A DNA stretch of 35,369 nt from a virus. The notes beneath the pieces were generated by a model, which was not told the origin of the DNA, did no database searches, and was given only the letters and a program-made list of their open reading frames with translations. The first letter of the stretch is position 1, and every line of letters starts with the position of its first letter. The stretch is from IMG/VR virus record IMGVR_UViG_3300016474_000102, positions 1 through 35,369 of that record; one strand, written 5' to 3'. Of the stretch, positions 9,586 through 17,305 are shown piece by piece. A program made the translations under genes and the position numbers.

Positions 9586-10985
9586 TTGGCGATATTGGAA
9601 AAGCAACAGCACCATCAGGGGTTGGCGGCATTACTGATATGCAGCCAAGGATGCCTACTGAACAACGTGAGCGCGATATTGGCGGGAAGATGCGCGTCGA
9701 GCGTGAAAAGCTTGCTAAGGCTGATGCTGATATACAACAAGCTCAAATGGATGTTGAGGCCAGCATTATTGGTTCCAAAGCAAAATCACGGGAAGAACAA
9801 GCCGCATCCATTCGTGAAAAGGTTGATGAAACAAAACGCAAGCAAACTGAGTTTTCTGACCCTGAGTTTCACCCAACCGAGGAAAATGCTCAAAGTTTAG
9901 CCCAACTGTTTAGCCTTGTGGCTACATCTGGCTTGCTGCTTGGCTCGTCCGGAAAAATGTCTGCTATGAACTCCCTTGCCGCAATGAACGGAATGATGGA
10001 GGGATGGCGTTCTGGCCGTCAGGACTTGTACAAGCGCGAGGTAGACAAGTTCAACAAGGAAATAGAACGTCGCCGCCGTATTCGTGAGGATTTGCGTCAA
10101 GACCTGCAAGACTTTATTAAATTGTCAGCAATTGACCGTGAAGCAGCAGATTTGAAGCAAGAAGAAATCATTCGCAAATCCGGCACTTCCTCAATTATTG
10201 GTCAATACATGCTTAAGAGTCAGGCAGAGAATGCTTTGAAAACTCTTGAGGCTGACTTAAAGATTGAGCAAGACATTGCTAATCGTCAGCAAAAAGCAAG
10301 GCAAGAAGAACGGCAAATGCTTGCAGAGAAAAGAAGGATGGAGCATGAACGCCGTATGGCCGCATACGCTGAAGCTAGGTTACGTCTTGCTGAACAAAAT
10401 AAAGCTAAAGGTATAGATGGTAAACCATTGCCAGAAAAACAAACATCTCAAATTTCCGGTTTAACTTCTCTTGCTAGAGATTTGAGACAGCTCGAAAAAG
10501 ACTTTAAACCTGAATACGCAAGCCTTGGCGTGTTGGGTGTTGGTGCAGATTTGTCTTTGGAAGCAAAGCGCCGCCTTGGTGATGCTGAAGGCGCAAAAGC
10601 TGTTCAGTGGTGGTCTAAGTACAACCGTCTGCAAGCCCCGAACCGTCATGCACTGTTTGGCGCAACCCTGACCGGCAACGAATTGAAGAATTATCAATCG
10701 TTTACTGCCAAGACTTCGGATAGCCCAGATATTGTTCGTCAGATGTTGCTTGACCAAGCTGATTATTCAGACGCGACTGCTAATGAACGTGCGTTTTCTT
10801 TTGAGAGGTCTGGATATAAAGTTCCTGAAGTCAGGCCGACAGGATTTTTGGAAACTTATTCCGGTGGTCAACAGCAGGGCAAGCCAATGCCTTCTGGTGA
10901 CAAATTAAAGGCATACGCAAATCAATATTTTGGTGGCGACGAAAGAAAAGCTAAAGATTACTTGTCAACGCAAGGGTATCAATAA
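9582..10985 (+). CDS. Internal virion-type coiled-coil protein
   Basis: 467 aa with ATGA coupling. Long charged heptad-like K/E/R/Q segments. Confidence 0.55.
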   Translation: MIGDIGKATAPSGVGGITDMQPRMPTEQRERDIGGKMRVEREKLAKADADIQQAQMDVEASIIGSKAKSREEQAASIREKVDETKRKQTEFSDPEFHPTEENAQSLAQLFSLVATSGLLLGSSGKMSAMNSLAAMNGMMEGWRSGRQDLYKREVDKFNKEIERRRRIREDLRQDLQDFIKLSAIDREAADLKQEEIIRKSGTSSIIGQYMLKSQAENALKTLEADLKIEQDIANRQQKARQEERQMLAEKRRMEHERRMAAYAEARLRLAEQNKAKGIDGKPLPEKQTSQISGLTSLARDLRQLEKDFKPEYASLGVLGVGADLSLEAKRRLGDAEGAKAVQWWSKYNRLQAPNRHALFGATLTGNELKNYQSFTAKTSDSPDIVRQMLLDQADYSDATANERAFSFERSGYKVPEVRPTGFLETYSGGQQQGKPMPSGDKLKAYANQYFGGDERKAKDYLSTQGYQ

Positions 10986-13009
10986 TGGCTGACATAAGCG
11001 ACCTGCCAGTTCCTTCTCGCGGCCCAAGTAAATCAGATATTTCTGATTTGCCTCCCCCGCCAAAGCAGCCCTCTTTTGGCGAGAGGGCGCTTGAATTTAT
11101 AGAACCTACTGTTGAAGCGGTAGGCGCTGGCGGTGGTGCGCTTTTAGGAACTCCGTTAGGCCCTGCGGGTGTAGTAGGTGGCGCTGGATTGGGCTACGGC
11201 ATTAGCCGGGAAGCCATGCAGCTTGCTAGGGAAAAACTTGGGTATGTTCCACCAAGAACCAAAGAACAGCTTGTTACCGAACCAGCAAAAAGCGTATTGG
11301 CTGGCGCAACTATGGAAGCGGGTGGACAGCTTGCTGGACGCGCCATAGAAAAGCTCGCTCGCAGAGGCGCTGAATACGTTGGTGGCTTACGAGACTTTTT
11401 CCGTCCTGAAGTTCGTGCGGGGAAAATAGCCCGTGAAACTTTAGGTCAAGATTTGCCGAAAGCCAGAGAAATATTGTCAAAAGCAGTAGATGATGTGTCT
11501 GCTGCTCAAGTGTTGGCAACGATAGACCCGAAGACCGGCAAGCCTGTTTTGAATGCTCCCGCTGCTCAAGCATTGCTTCAAAGAGCATCTTCCCGTGACC
11601 CTCGTTTCTTCTCTAATTTGCTTGGAGAGCAAGAGGCCAAACGATTGCAGGATTTGCAAAGGGTTGCTGGTGGCGCAGACCAAACTGCTGCCAAAGCTGC
11701 GCGTGAGGAAATGAAGCGTTTGCTCAATGAGCGCCTAATTCCTGTTTTGGAAACCGAGCTTGGTGCGGCCAACATTGCAGGAAAGCTAAAGCCTAAATTT
11801 GAGGCAGAGGCTGCTCGAATGGGTGAGGCGGCAACTCAGAAAGTTGAGGATGTACGTCGGTTTACTGCTGCTGGCGAAAGAGCAATCAAGCAAGCCAAAG
11901 CAGACACTATGGGCCGTCCAACGCCTCCGCGCTACACCTACATGGGAGAGCTTGCCAAACGCGCTGAAGACGTTGCTACGCAGTCGGCAGAGGGTTCTTT
12001 GCGCTTTGGGGAGGCCAGAAGATTTGCAGAGGCAGCAAGTCAAAGTCTTGAGGCGCATGGCCTGAAGCCTCTGGAGTCTGGTCCTATTGTTGCGCGTATC
12101 AATCAGAAATTGCGCGACCCGGCAATGGCTGGCAACACAGACGTTGAGCGTTCTCTTAGCAAAGTTTCAACTGATATTCAGAAGTGGACGAACAATGGTG
12201 GCGTGATTGATGCGTTTGCTTTGGACAGCATTCGCAAAAACTCTGTAAATGCGGCCATCAAGGAACTTTACCCGACGGCTGATGCCAAGACTCAAAAAGC
12301 TCTTGCTGCTAGGGTTTTGGAGACAATTCGCCCTGTCATTATTGATGCCGTTGAAGAAGCTGGTGGTGCCGGATACAGAACGTATCTGAGAGATTACAGC
12401 TTGGGTATGCAGCGTATTGCTCAAAGCAAGCTAGGCGCTGAAGCCCTGAATATTTATCAGACCAACCCTGATGCGTTTGTGAAGTTTGTTGAAGGCAATG
12501 CGCCTGAAGTCGTTGAAAAGATATTTGGCGCAGGAAACTACAACCTTGCCAAAGAAATGAGTTTGAACGCGCAACAGGCATTGGGAAGGGTCGCTAGAGA
12601 AGTCCAGCGCGGGGAAGCCATCAAAGCACAAGCTACTGCCGGTGAAAAGCGTTTGGCTGAAATTCTGCGTGAACATGGCAGCAAGCTGAAGCTACCGCCA
12701 TTTATTAGCGCAAAGATAACTACGACGAATGCTCTGCTGGACGTTCTTGAAAACAGGCTCAACAAGAAGACTTTAGCCGCTTTAACCGAGGGGGCTAAAT
12801 CAGCGTCAAACTTTGAGAAGCTTTTGGATACTTTGCCAGCCGCAGAGCGCGGAGAGGTTTTGCGCGTACTGCGGGACCCCGCTACTTATCGCGGAATTCA
12901 AAAAGCCGCTGGTGCTGGTATTGCGGGCATCTCTAACCGTGACCAGCCCCTACCCCCGCCGTCTGGGATGGGCGGGATTAATGACATGAGTCCTAGACTT
13001 GGAGATTAA
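10985..13009 (+). CDS. Large internal virion-type protein
   Basis: 674 aa with TAATG coupling. N-terminal DISDLP duplicated, Gly-rich hydrophobic stretch, long helical remainder. Confidence 0.55.
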   Translation: MADISDLPVPSRGPSKSDISDLPPPPKQPSFGERALEFIEPTVEAVGAGGGALLGTPLGPAGVVGGAGLGYGISREAMQLAREKLGYVPPRTKEQLVTEPAKSVLAGATMEAGGQLAGRAIEKLARRGAEYVGGLRDFFRPEVRAGKIARETLGQDLPKAREILSKAVDDVSAAQVLATIDPKTGKPVLNAPAAQALLQRASSRDPRFFSNLLGEQEAKRLQDLQRVAGGADQTAAKAAREEMKRLLNERLIPVLETELGAANIAGKLKPKFEAEAARMGEAATQKVEDVRRFTAAGERAIKQAKADTMGRPTPPRYTYMGELAKRAEDVATQSAEGSLRFGEARRFAEAASQSLEAHGLKPLESGPIVARINQKLRDPAMAGNTDVERSLSKVSTDIQKWTNNGGVIDAFALDSIRKNSVNAAIKELYPTADAKTQKALAARVLETIRPVIIDAVEEAGGAGYRTYLRDYSLGMQRIAQSKLGAEALNIYQTNPDAFVKFVEGNAPEVVEKIFGAGNYNLAKEMSLNAQQALGRVAREVQRGEAIKAQATAGEKRLAEILREHGSKLKLPPFISAKITTTNALLDVLENRLNKKTLAALTEGAKSASNFEKLLDTLPAAERGEVLRVLRDPATYRGIQKAAGAGIAGISNRDQPLPPPSGMGGINDMSPRLGD

Positions 13010-13011
13010 GC

Positions 13012-13221
13012 GTGGCTAAGAAATCAAAGGGGATAAATCCGGAGTTGGAGGCGGCAATCTCCAACACCTTGAAGGCCGTGATGAATGACAGCATGGCGAG
13101 CGTTACCGAGAAGATGAAGGTCATAGACCGGGCGCTGAAGCTAGAGGCCATCAAGCTGAAAATGTCGGACGATGAGTGGGGTTCCGGCTTTAGTCTTGAT
13201 GAGGATGACGATAAGGATTAG
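13012..13221 (+). CDS. Small acidic hypothetical protein (GTG start)
   Basis: 69-aa ORF; GGAGA SD 8 nt before the GTG. Confidence 0.5.
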   Translation: MAKKSKGINPELEAAISNTLKAVMNDSMASVTEKMKVIDRALKLEAIKLKMSDDEWGSGFSLDEDDDKD

Positions 13222-13223
13222 AC

Positions 13224-13442
13224 TTGAATCTCTTTAATTTAGGGGATAAATATGGACGGAATCCAAGTCGTTACTATTGCTTTGCGCGTCATCTCAGACC
13301 GCTTAATTACGATTTTGGCACTATTGACTTCATTCGGTCTAGGGTGCTGGACAATGTGGGACCCGAAATGGGAGCGAGTATCGACCCTAGCGATATTCGT
13401 ATTATTCAGTTACCTGTTAGTAAGAGTGAAAGAAAGGAATAG
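13224..13442 (+). CDS. Hypothetical protein (TTG start); preferred of two overlapping frames
   Basis: AAGGA SD 6 nt before TTG. The ORF fits the gap with 2-nt spacers on both sides. The competing frame's hydrophobicity is explained by T-rich wobble positions of this frame. Confidence 0.4.
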   Translation: MNLFNLGDKYGRNPSRYYCFARHLRPLNYDFGTIDFIRSRVLDNVGPEMGASIDPSDIRIIQLPVSKSERKE

Positions 13443-13479
13443 CGATGCGCGACCCGAAAGACCTTCAATACAAGAGTAA
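13252..13479 (+). CDS. Alternative-frame ORF, predicted 2-TM protein; unresolved versus 13224-13442
   Basis: The ATG is preceded by the recurrent cassette TTTAATTTAGGGGATAAAT, as at 15594 and 20157. It overlaps the next ORF by 35 nt and uses many A-ending codons. Confidence 0.3.
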   Translation: MDGIQVVTIALRVISDRLITILALLTSFGLGCWTMWDPKWERVSTLAIFVLFSYLLVRVKERNSDARPERPSIQE

Positions 13480-13687
13480 TGTTCCCGGCGCAGAGGAACT
13501 GAACTGGAGTCAGAAGTATGCCAAGGCTGTCCGTCCTCAGAAACCTTCTGATGCGACTGAGAGCAAGCAGAAGTGGCAACCCGGTCAGGTTCCGATGGGC
13601 GGTTATCGGTCAATTTTCTGCTTTGAGGAAGGCAATTATTCTTCTAAAGTTGCTAAGACCTCTGGCGGTGGCAAAAAGGTGTACTAA
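13445..13687 (+). CDS. Hypothetical protein
   Basis: 80 aa; AAAGGA SD 6 nt upstream; TAATG coupling to the HNH gene. Confidence 0.5.
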   Translation: MRDPKDLQYKSNVPGAEELNWSQKYAKAVRPQKPSDATESKQKWQPGQVPMGGYRSIFCFEEGNYSSKVAKTSGGGKKVY

Positions 13688-14274
13688 TGGCTAAAGTTTG
13701 CAGTAAATGTGAAGAAACTAAAGATGAATCTGAATTTTTTAAAGATTCTAGGAAAGCTGATGGTTTTCACATTTACTGCAAATCTTGTGATTACGATAGA
13801 AAACAAAAATACAGGCGATTATCTTTTGAAGATAGATTGAAAAAGAAAATAATTGCCGCGCAAAAAAAGAAACAAAAAGCAAAAGAATACCGCACAGAAA
13901 ATAGAGATTCTTGTATTGCTGCAACAAAATCTTGGCACGAAAGAAACAAAGAGTATTGCAAATTACGCGATAAAGAATATCGAGTTAAAAACAAAGACAA
14001 AATAGCTGCTTCTGCAAGTGCTAGACGAGCAAAAGTTAAGGGCGCAAGCATAAATTTGAGCAAGCCCTATAAAGCAGAAATAGATGGTCTGTATTTATTT
14101 GCAAAGTTGTTTGGTGGACATGTTGACCATATTGTTCCGCTAAACAATAAAATTGTGTGTGGACTTCATGTTCCTTGGAATATGCAAGTCATTTCGCCAA
14201 CTGAGAATATGTCTAAACAGGGTAAATTTGATATTTCAAAGTATCCAGAACAAGGCATGGTTGCTTTTGGCTAA
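13687..14274 (+). CDS. HNH homing-type endonuclease with N-terminal Cys4 zinc ribbon
   Basis: CSKC...C.SC N-terminus. HNH core GGHVDHIVPLNN...GLHVPWNMQVISPTENMSKQ. Visibly AT-rich (roughly one-third GC by eye) versus the flanks. Confidence 0.8.
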   Translation: MAKVCSKCEETKDESEFFKDSRKADGFHIYCKSCDYDRKQKYRRLSFEDRLKKKIIAAQKKKQKAKEYRTENRDSCIAATKSWHERNKEYCKLRDKEYRVKNKDKIAASASARRAKVKGASINLSKPYKAEIDGLYLFAKLFGGHVDHIVPLNNKIVCGLHVPWNMQVISPTENMSKQGKFDISKYPEQGMVAFG

Positions 14275-14312
14275 GGAGATATATCATAGCTAATAACATT
14301 GCATTTCAGCCA

Positions 14313-14630
14313 ATGGGCAAGACGTACAAGATTTCTGCGCCCTCGGCAAACACGGCTGTCACGATTGCAATCACTGCTGACAGCCCCTGTAATCAGTATT
14401 ACTTCTCAAACCATGAAGCTGCTGGTAAGGGTGCGTATGTTCGCATTAGCGAATCCAATGTCGCGGCTGTTTTGCCTGATGCTACGGGGCAATACACGAT
14501 GCTAGTCCCGCCAAGCACTCGCGTTATCTTTACTGGCGTTCAATGTAGCCCCACTAAGACGGTGTATGTGTCCCTGATTGGGGAAAACAACAACTCTGAA
14601 GTGTATGTGACTCCGGGAGAAGGACTATGA
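14313..14630 (+). CDS. Paralog B of the TPG(D/E)GL-terminated family (conservative ATG start; probably begins at ATA 14286)
   Basis: 105 aa ending VYVTPGEGL. In-frame upstream codons encode ANNIAFQP, matching paralog A NAFQK. AAGGAG lies 7 nt before ATA 14286. Confidence 0.65.
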   Translation: MGKTYKISAPSANTAVTIAITADSPCNQYYFSNHEAAGKGAYVRISESNVAAVLPDATGQYTMLVPPSTRVIFTGVQCSPTKTVYVSLIGENNNSEVYVTPGEGL

Positions 14631-14791
14631 AGGATTACATTCTTGACCGAGCAAAGGAACCGTCTACATGGCGCGGTTTTATCCTGTTTCTGACTGCTGT
14701 TGGCGTACCTATTGCGCCTGAGCTTCAGACCGCTATTGTGTCTGCTGGCCTTGGCATTGCTGGCCTGATTGGTGTTGTGACCAAGGGATGA
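14627..14791 (+). CDS. Holin (54 aa, two TM segments)
   Basis: Below the track cutoff. ATGA overlaps at both ends. EPSTWRG motif followed by two hydrophobic helices; sits immediately upstream of the endolysin. Confidence 0.7.
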   Translation: MKDYILDRAKEPSTWRGFILFLTAVGVPIAPELQTAIVSAGLGIAGLIGVVTKG

Positions 14792-15207
14792 TAAACAGCC
14801 GTAATCTGGATGACTTGCTGCCACAGGTGGCAAGCCGTGTCAGGGCGTTTATAAAGGCTGCTGACGAGGCTGGCATCGATTTGTTAGTCACCAGCACCTA
14901 CAGAGACAATGAAAGCCAGAATGCCTTATACGCGCAGGGAAGAACTGCGCCGGGGAAGATTGTCACCAATGCAAAGGCTGGTCAATCTTTTCATAATTTC
15001 CGGTGTGCTGTTGATGTTGTTCCTATTGTCGCTGGCAAACCCCGGTGGGATGTTAAAGACGAGGTTTGGCAGAAGATTGGCGCACTTGGGAAAGCACAAG
15101 GTTTAGAGTGGGCAGGGGATTGGAAGCGGTTTAGGGAATATCCGCACTTTCAGTACACGGGCGGTTTGACCCTAGCGCAATTACAGCAGGGGAAGACCAT
15201 TGTCTAA
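14788..15207 (+). CDS. Endolysin, zinc peptidase M15 (VanY-like, L-alanyl-D-glutamate peptidase type)
   Basis: SFHNFRCAVD (H-x6-D) plus distal YPHFQY His. YRDNESQNALYAQGRT motif typical of M15 phage lysins. Confidence 0.85.
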   Translation: MINSRNLDDLLPQVASRVRAFIKAADEAGIDLLVTSTYRDNESQNALYAQGRTAPGKIVTNAKAGQSFHNFRCAVDVVPIVAGKPRWDVKDEVWQKIGALGKAQGLEWAGDWKRFREYPHFQYTGGLTLAQLQQGKTIV

Positions 15208-15424
15208 GAACGTAAATCTTTCTGTCGGCAGAGGCGAGAAGCTGTCAGTCAAGGCTGGCGGCGGTCTTACCGCTAAAGGCCGCAAGAAGTACAACCGGGC
15301 AACCGGCAGTAAGTTGAAAGCCCCGACCAAATCAGGCCCACGGCACAAGTCTTTCTGCGCCCGGTCTAAGAACTGGAAGGGACCTAGAGGCAAGGCCGCT
15401 AGACGGCGTTGGGGGTGCAGATGA
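15200..15424 (+). CDS. Very basic small protein (TTG start), unknown function
   Basis: 74 aa with no internal Met. AGGGGA SD 5 nt before the TTG. GGLTAKGRKKYNRATGSKLK...SFCAR motif. Confidence 0.5.
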   Translation: MSKNVNLSVGRGEKLSVKAGGGLTAKGRKKYNRATGSKLKAPTKSGPRHKSFCARSKNWKGPRGKAARRRWGCR

Positions 15425-15573
15425 GTGACGGTCTATACGCGAATATCCATGCTAAGCGTGAGCGCATCAAGCGCGGTTCTGGCGAACGTATGAGGACTCC
15501 CGGCAGCAAGGGTGCGCCGACAGACGCAGCATTTAGGAAGTCAGCTAAGACGGCTCGAAAAGGCCGACGGTAA
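15421..15573 (+). CDS. Very basic 50-aa protein, unknown function
   Basis: Below the track cutoff. ATGA overlap with the upstream ORF. MSDGLYANIHAKRERIKRGSGERMRTPGSKGAPT. Confidence 0.5.
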   Translation: MSDGLYANIHAKRERIKRGSGERMRTPGSKGAPTDAAFRKSAKTARKGRR

Positions 15574-15593
15574 TTCAACTTAGGGGATAAATC

Positions 15594-16136
15594 ATGGCTC
15601 ATCCACAGCAGATGGCGTTCGTCGCCCATCTCAAAGACCGCTTTCCGCAATACTTCAAAGCCCAAAAAGTCCTAGAAGTGGGCAGCTTGAATCTCAACGG
15701 CACTATCCGCAGTTTCTTCGAGCAGTGCATGTACTTAGGGGTGGACGTAGGTCCCGGACCCGGCGTTGACATGGTTGCCAAGGGCGAGGACTTGACGTTT
15801 GACGCTGGTCAATTTGACGTTGTTTGCAGTACCGAGTGCTTTGAACATGCGCCCCGGTGGGCTGACATATTCAACAACATGACAAGGATGAGCAAGGGGC
15901 TAGTGTTCTTCACCTGTGCTACAACCGGACGGCCTGAACACGGAACCAAACGCAGCAACCCTTGGGATTCCCCGCACACTGCTGGCGACTACTACATGAA
16001 TGTCACCGAGGCTGATGTACGGGAAAAGTGCGATTTAAGCCAGTTTGAAGACTTTGGCTTCCAAGTCGATGATGAGGCGCATGACCTGTATTTCTGGGGA
16101 ATTAAATCTGGCTCCCTTCCCCCCAAGGAAAACTGA
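15594..16136 (+). CDS. Class I SAM-dependent methyltransferase
   Basis: Motif I VLEVGSLNLNG, acidic YLGVDV, FDVVCSTECFEH. Preceded by the cassette TTCAACTTAGGGGATAAATC. Confidence 0.75.
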   Translation: MAHPQQMAFVAHLKDRFPQYFKAQKVLEVGSLNLNGTIRSFFEQCMYLGVDVGPGPGVDMVAKGEDLTFDAGQFDVVCSTECFEHAPRWADIFNNMTRMSKGLVFFTCATTGRPEHGTKRSNPWDSPHTAGDYYMNVTEADVREKCDLSQFEDFGFQVDDEAHDLYFWGIKSGSLPPKEN

Positions 16137-16161
16137 TTGTTGCAGCGCAACATAGAATCAG
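16133..16161. terminator. Weak bidirectional stem-loop between the convergent arms
   Basis: TGTTGC-AGC-GCAACA nested in CTGATT...AATCAG. Overlaps both stop codons; no clear U-tract. Confidence 0.25.
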
Positions 16162-16508
16162 TCCATATCAGCCATTAAGTACCATTCTGTGATGTAGTCC
16201 TTCAGGGCGGTCAGACCTACCCCTGTAAGGACACATCCTTCAGCGGTTACGCGCCAGAAGCGGTTGACAGACATTTTGCCGTCTTCTGTGTAGCCGTTGA
16301 TGATGAGGACAGTGAAGCCGGGAACGGCTGAAAGGGCTTTTAAGAGGATTTCTTGCCCCTTGCTGATACTTTCCCCTTCCCGCTTCCATTCGCCGACCAG
16401 AAAGCTTCCTTTGCGCTCGTAGACCATATCCAGATTAGACGGGACTACCTTGCCGAGCAGCCCCGTCAGTTCTGTGAAGTCTATGTGAGGTGCGTCCCGG
16501 TTCCTCAT
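16158..16508 (-). CDS. PD-(D/E)xK / VRR-NUC-like nuclease-fold protein (tentative)
   Basis: 116 aa. NLDMVYERKGSFLVGEWKREGESISKGQEILLKAL fits the D...E.K...Q pattern. ATGA coupling to the GT gene. Confidence 0.35.
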   Translation of the reverse strand: MRNRDAPHIDFTELTGLLGKVVPSNLDMVYERKGSFLVGEWKREGESISKGQEILLKALSAVPGFTVLIINGYTEDGKMSVNRFWRVTAEGCVLTGVGLTALKDYITEWYLMADMD

Positions 16509-17245
16509 GGCTGTTTCAGCAGCCGCCCTTCAAACGCATAGGTCCCGATGTGGGACAACTCGACCCAAGGCGCTGCCCATACCGAGAAACCGTTATTTCT
16601 GGCTTTCTTGCAAAAGTCATAATCCTCGGAAAGCAGGATTTTGGTGTCTTCCTCAATCTGAGTTGCAAAGAACTCATGGATAGTTTCCCCGTTGCTAGGA
16701 TTGTTCACATCCAGCACGTTATTGAGGTAATACGGCACTTTGCCAATCAGTCCGGTCAGGACTTCCCGCTTAATCAGCATGAACCCTGTGCCGCCATTCC
16801 AAATTTCAACCGGTTGGTTAATAGGCACTGTCACTTCCGGCGCATAGTCCTTCAGATTGACTACAAAAGCCCCGGTGTGATGCCTTAGCTGGTCATCAGG
16901 TGCGCCAGCCTCTATGGCCTTCCTGACGCTGCCCCAATGAATTTCTTTTTTCGGGTAGATACCGCAAATAATGTCTTTGTCGGCTTCCAGCATCGGGAAA
17001 ATGTCTTCAGGCCGAAACATAATGTCGGCATCAATGAACATCAGATGGGTGGCCTCAGACTTCAGAAAGTTGGCTGTCAGGAGGTTCCTAGCTCGCTGTA
17101 TGAGCGACTCATTGAATAGCATAGAGAACGACAGATTCAACCCTGCGTCCTTACACATTGTCTGGAGCTTCAGGCATGACTGCATGTAAAAGCCGTAGCA
17201 GAGTCCCCCGTAGCATGGAGTTGCGACAAATATATGTTTTTGCAT
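16505..17245 (-). CDS. GT-A fold glycosyltransferase
   Basis: 246 aa. N-terminal IFVATPCYGG, ESLIQRARN, DxD motif FIDADI. Confidence 0.6.
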   Translation of the reverse strand: MQKHIFVATPCYGGLCYGFYMQSCLKLQTMCKDAGLNLSFSMLFNESLIQRARNLLTANFLKSEATHLMFIDADIMFRPEDIFPMLEADKDIICGIYPKKEIHWGSVRKAIEAGAPDDQLRHHTGAFVVNLKDYAPEVTVPINQPVEIWNGGTGFMLIKREVLTGLIGKVPYYLNNVLDVNNPSNGETIHEFFATQIEEDTKILLSEDYDFCKKARNNGFSVWAAPWVELSHIGTYAFEGRLLKQP

Positions 17246-17305
17246 TGTTATCCCTTTGAATTAGTGGGCTGACCGAAACCTTGCCCAAGGGTTCCTAACC
17301 TGCGC

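Noticed and set aside
14909-15106. 65-aa TM-containing ORF embedded out of frame in the endolysin gene (possible embedded spanin or holin)
   Set aside because: It has no lipobox and no SD. Its hydrophobicity is explained by the T-rich wobble positions of the endolysin frame falling on the second codon position.
16490-16888. 132-aa plus-strand ORF opposite the glycosyltransferase gene
   Set aside because: It is antisense to a motif-bearing CDS with no initiation signal and no context on the plus strand.
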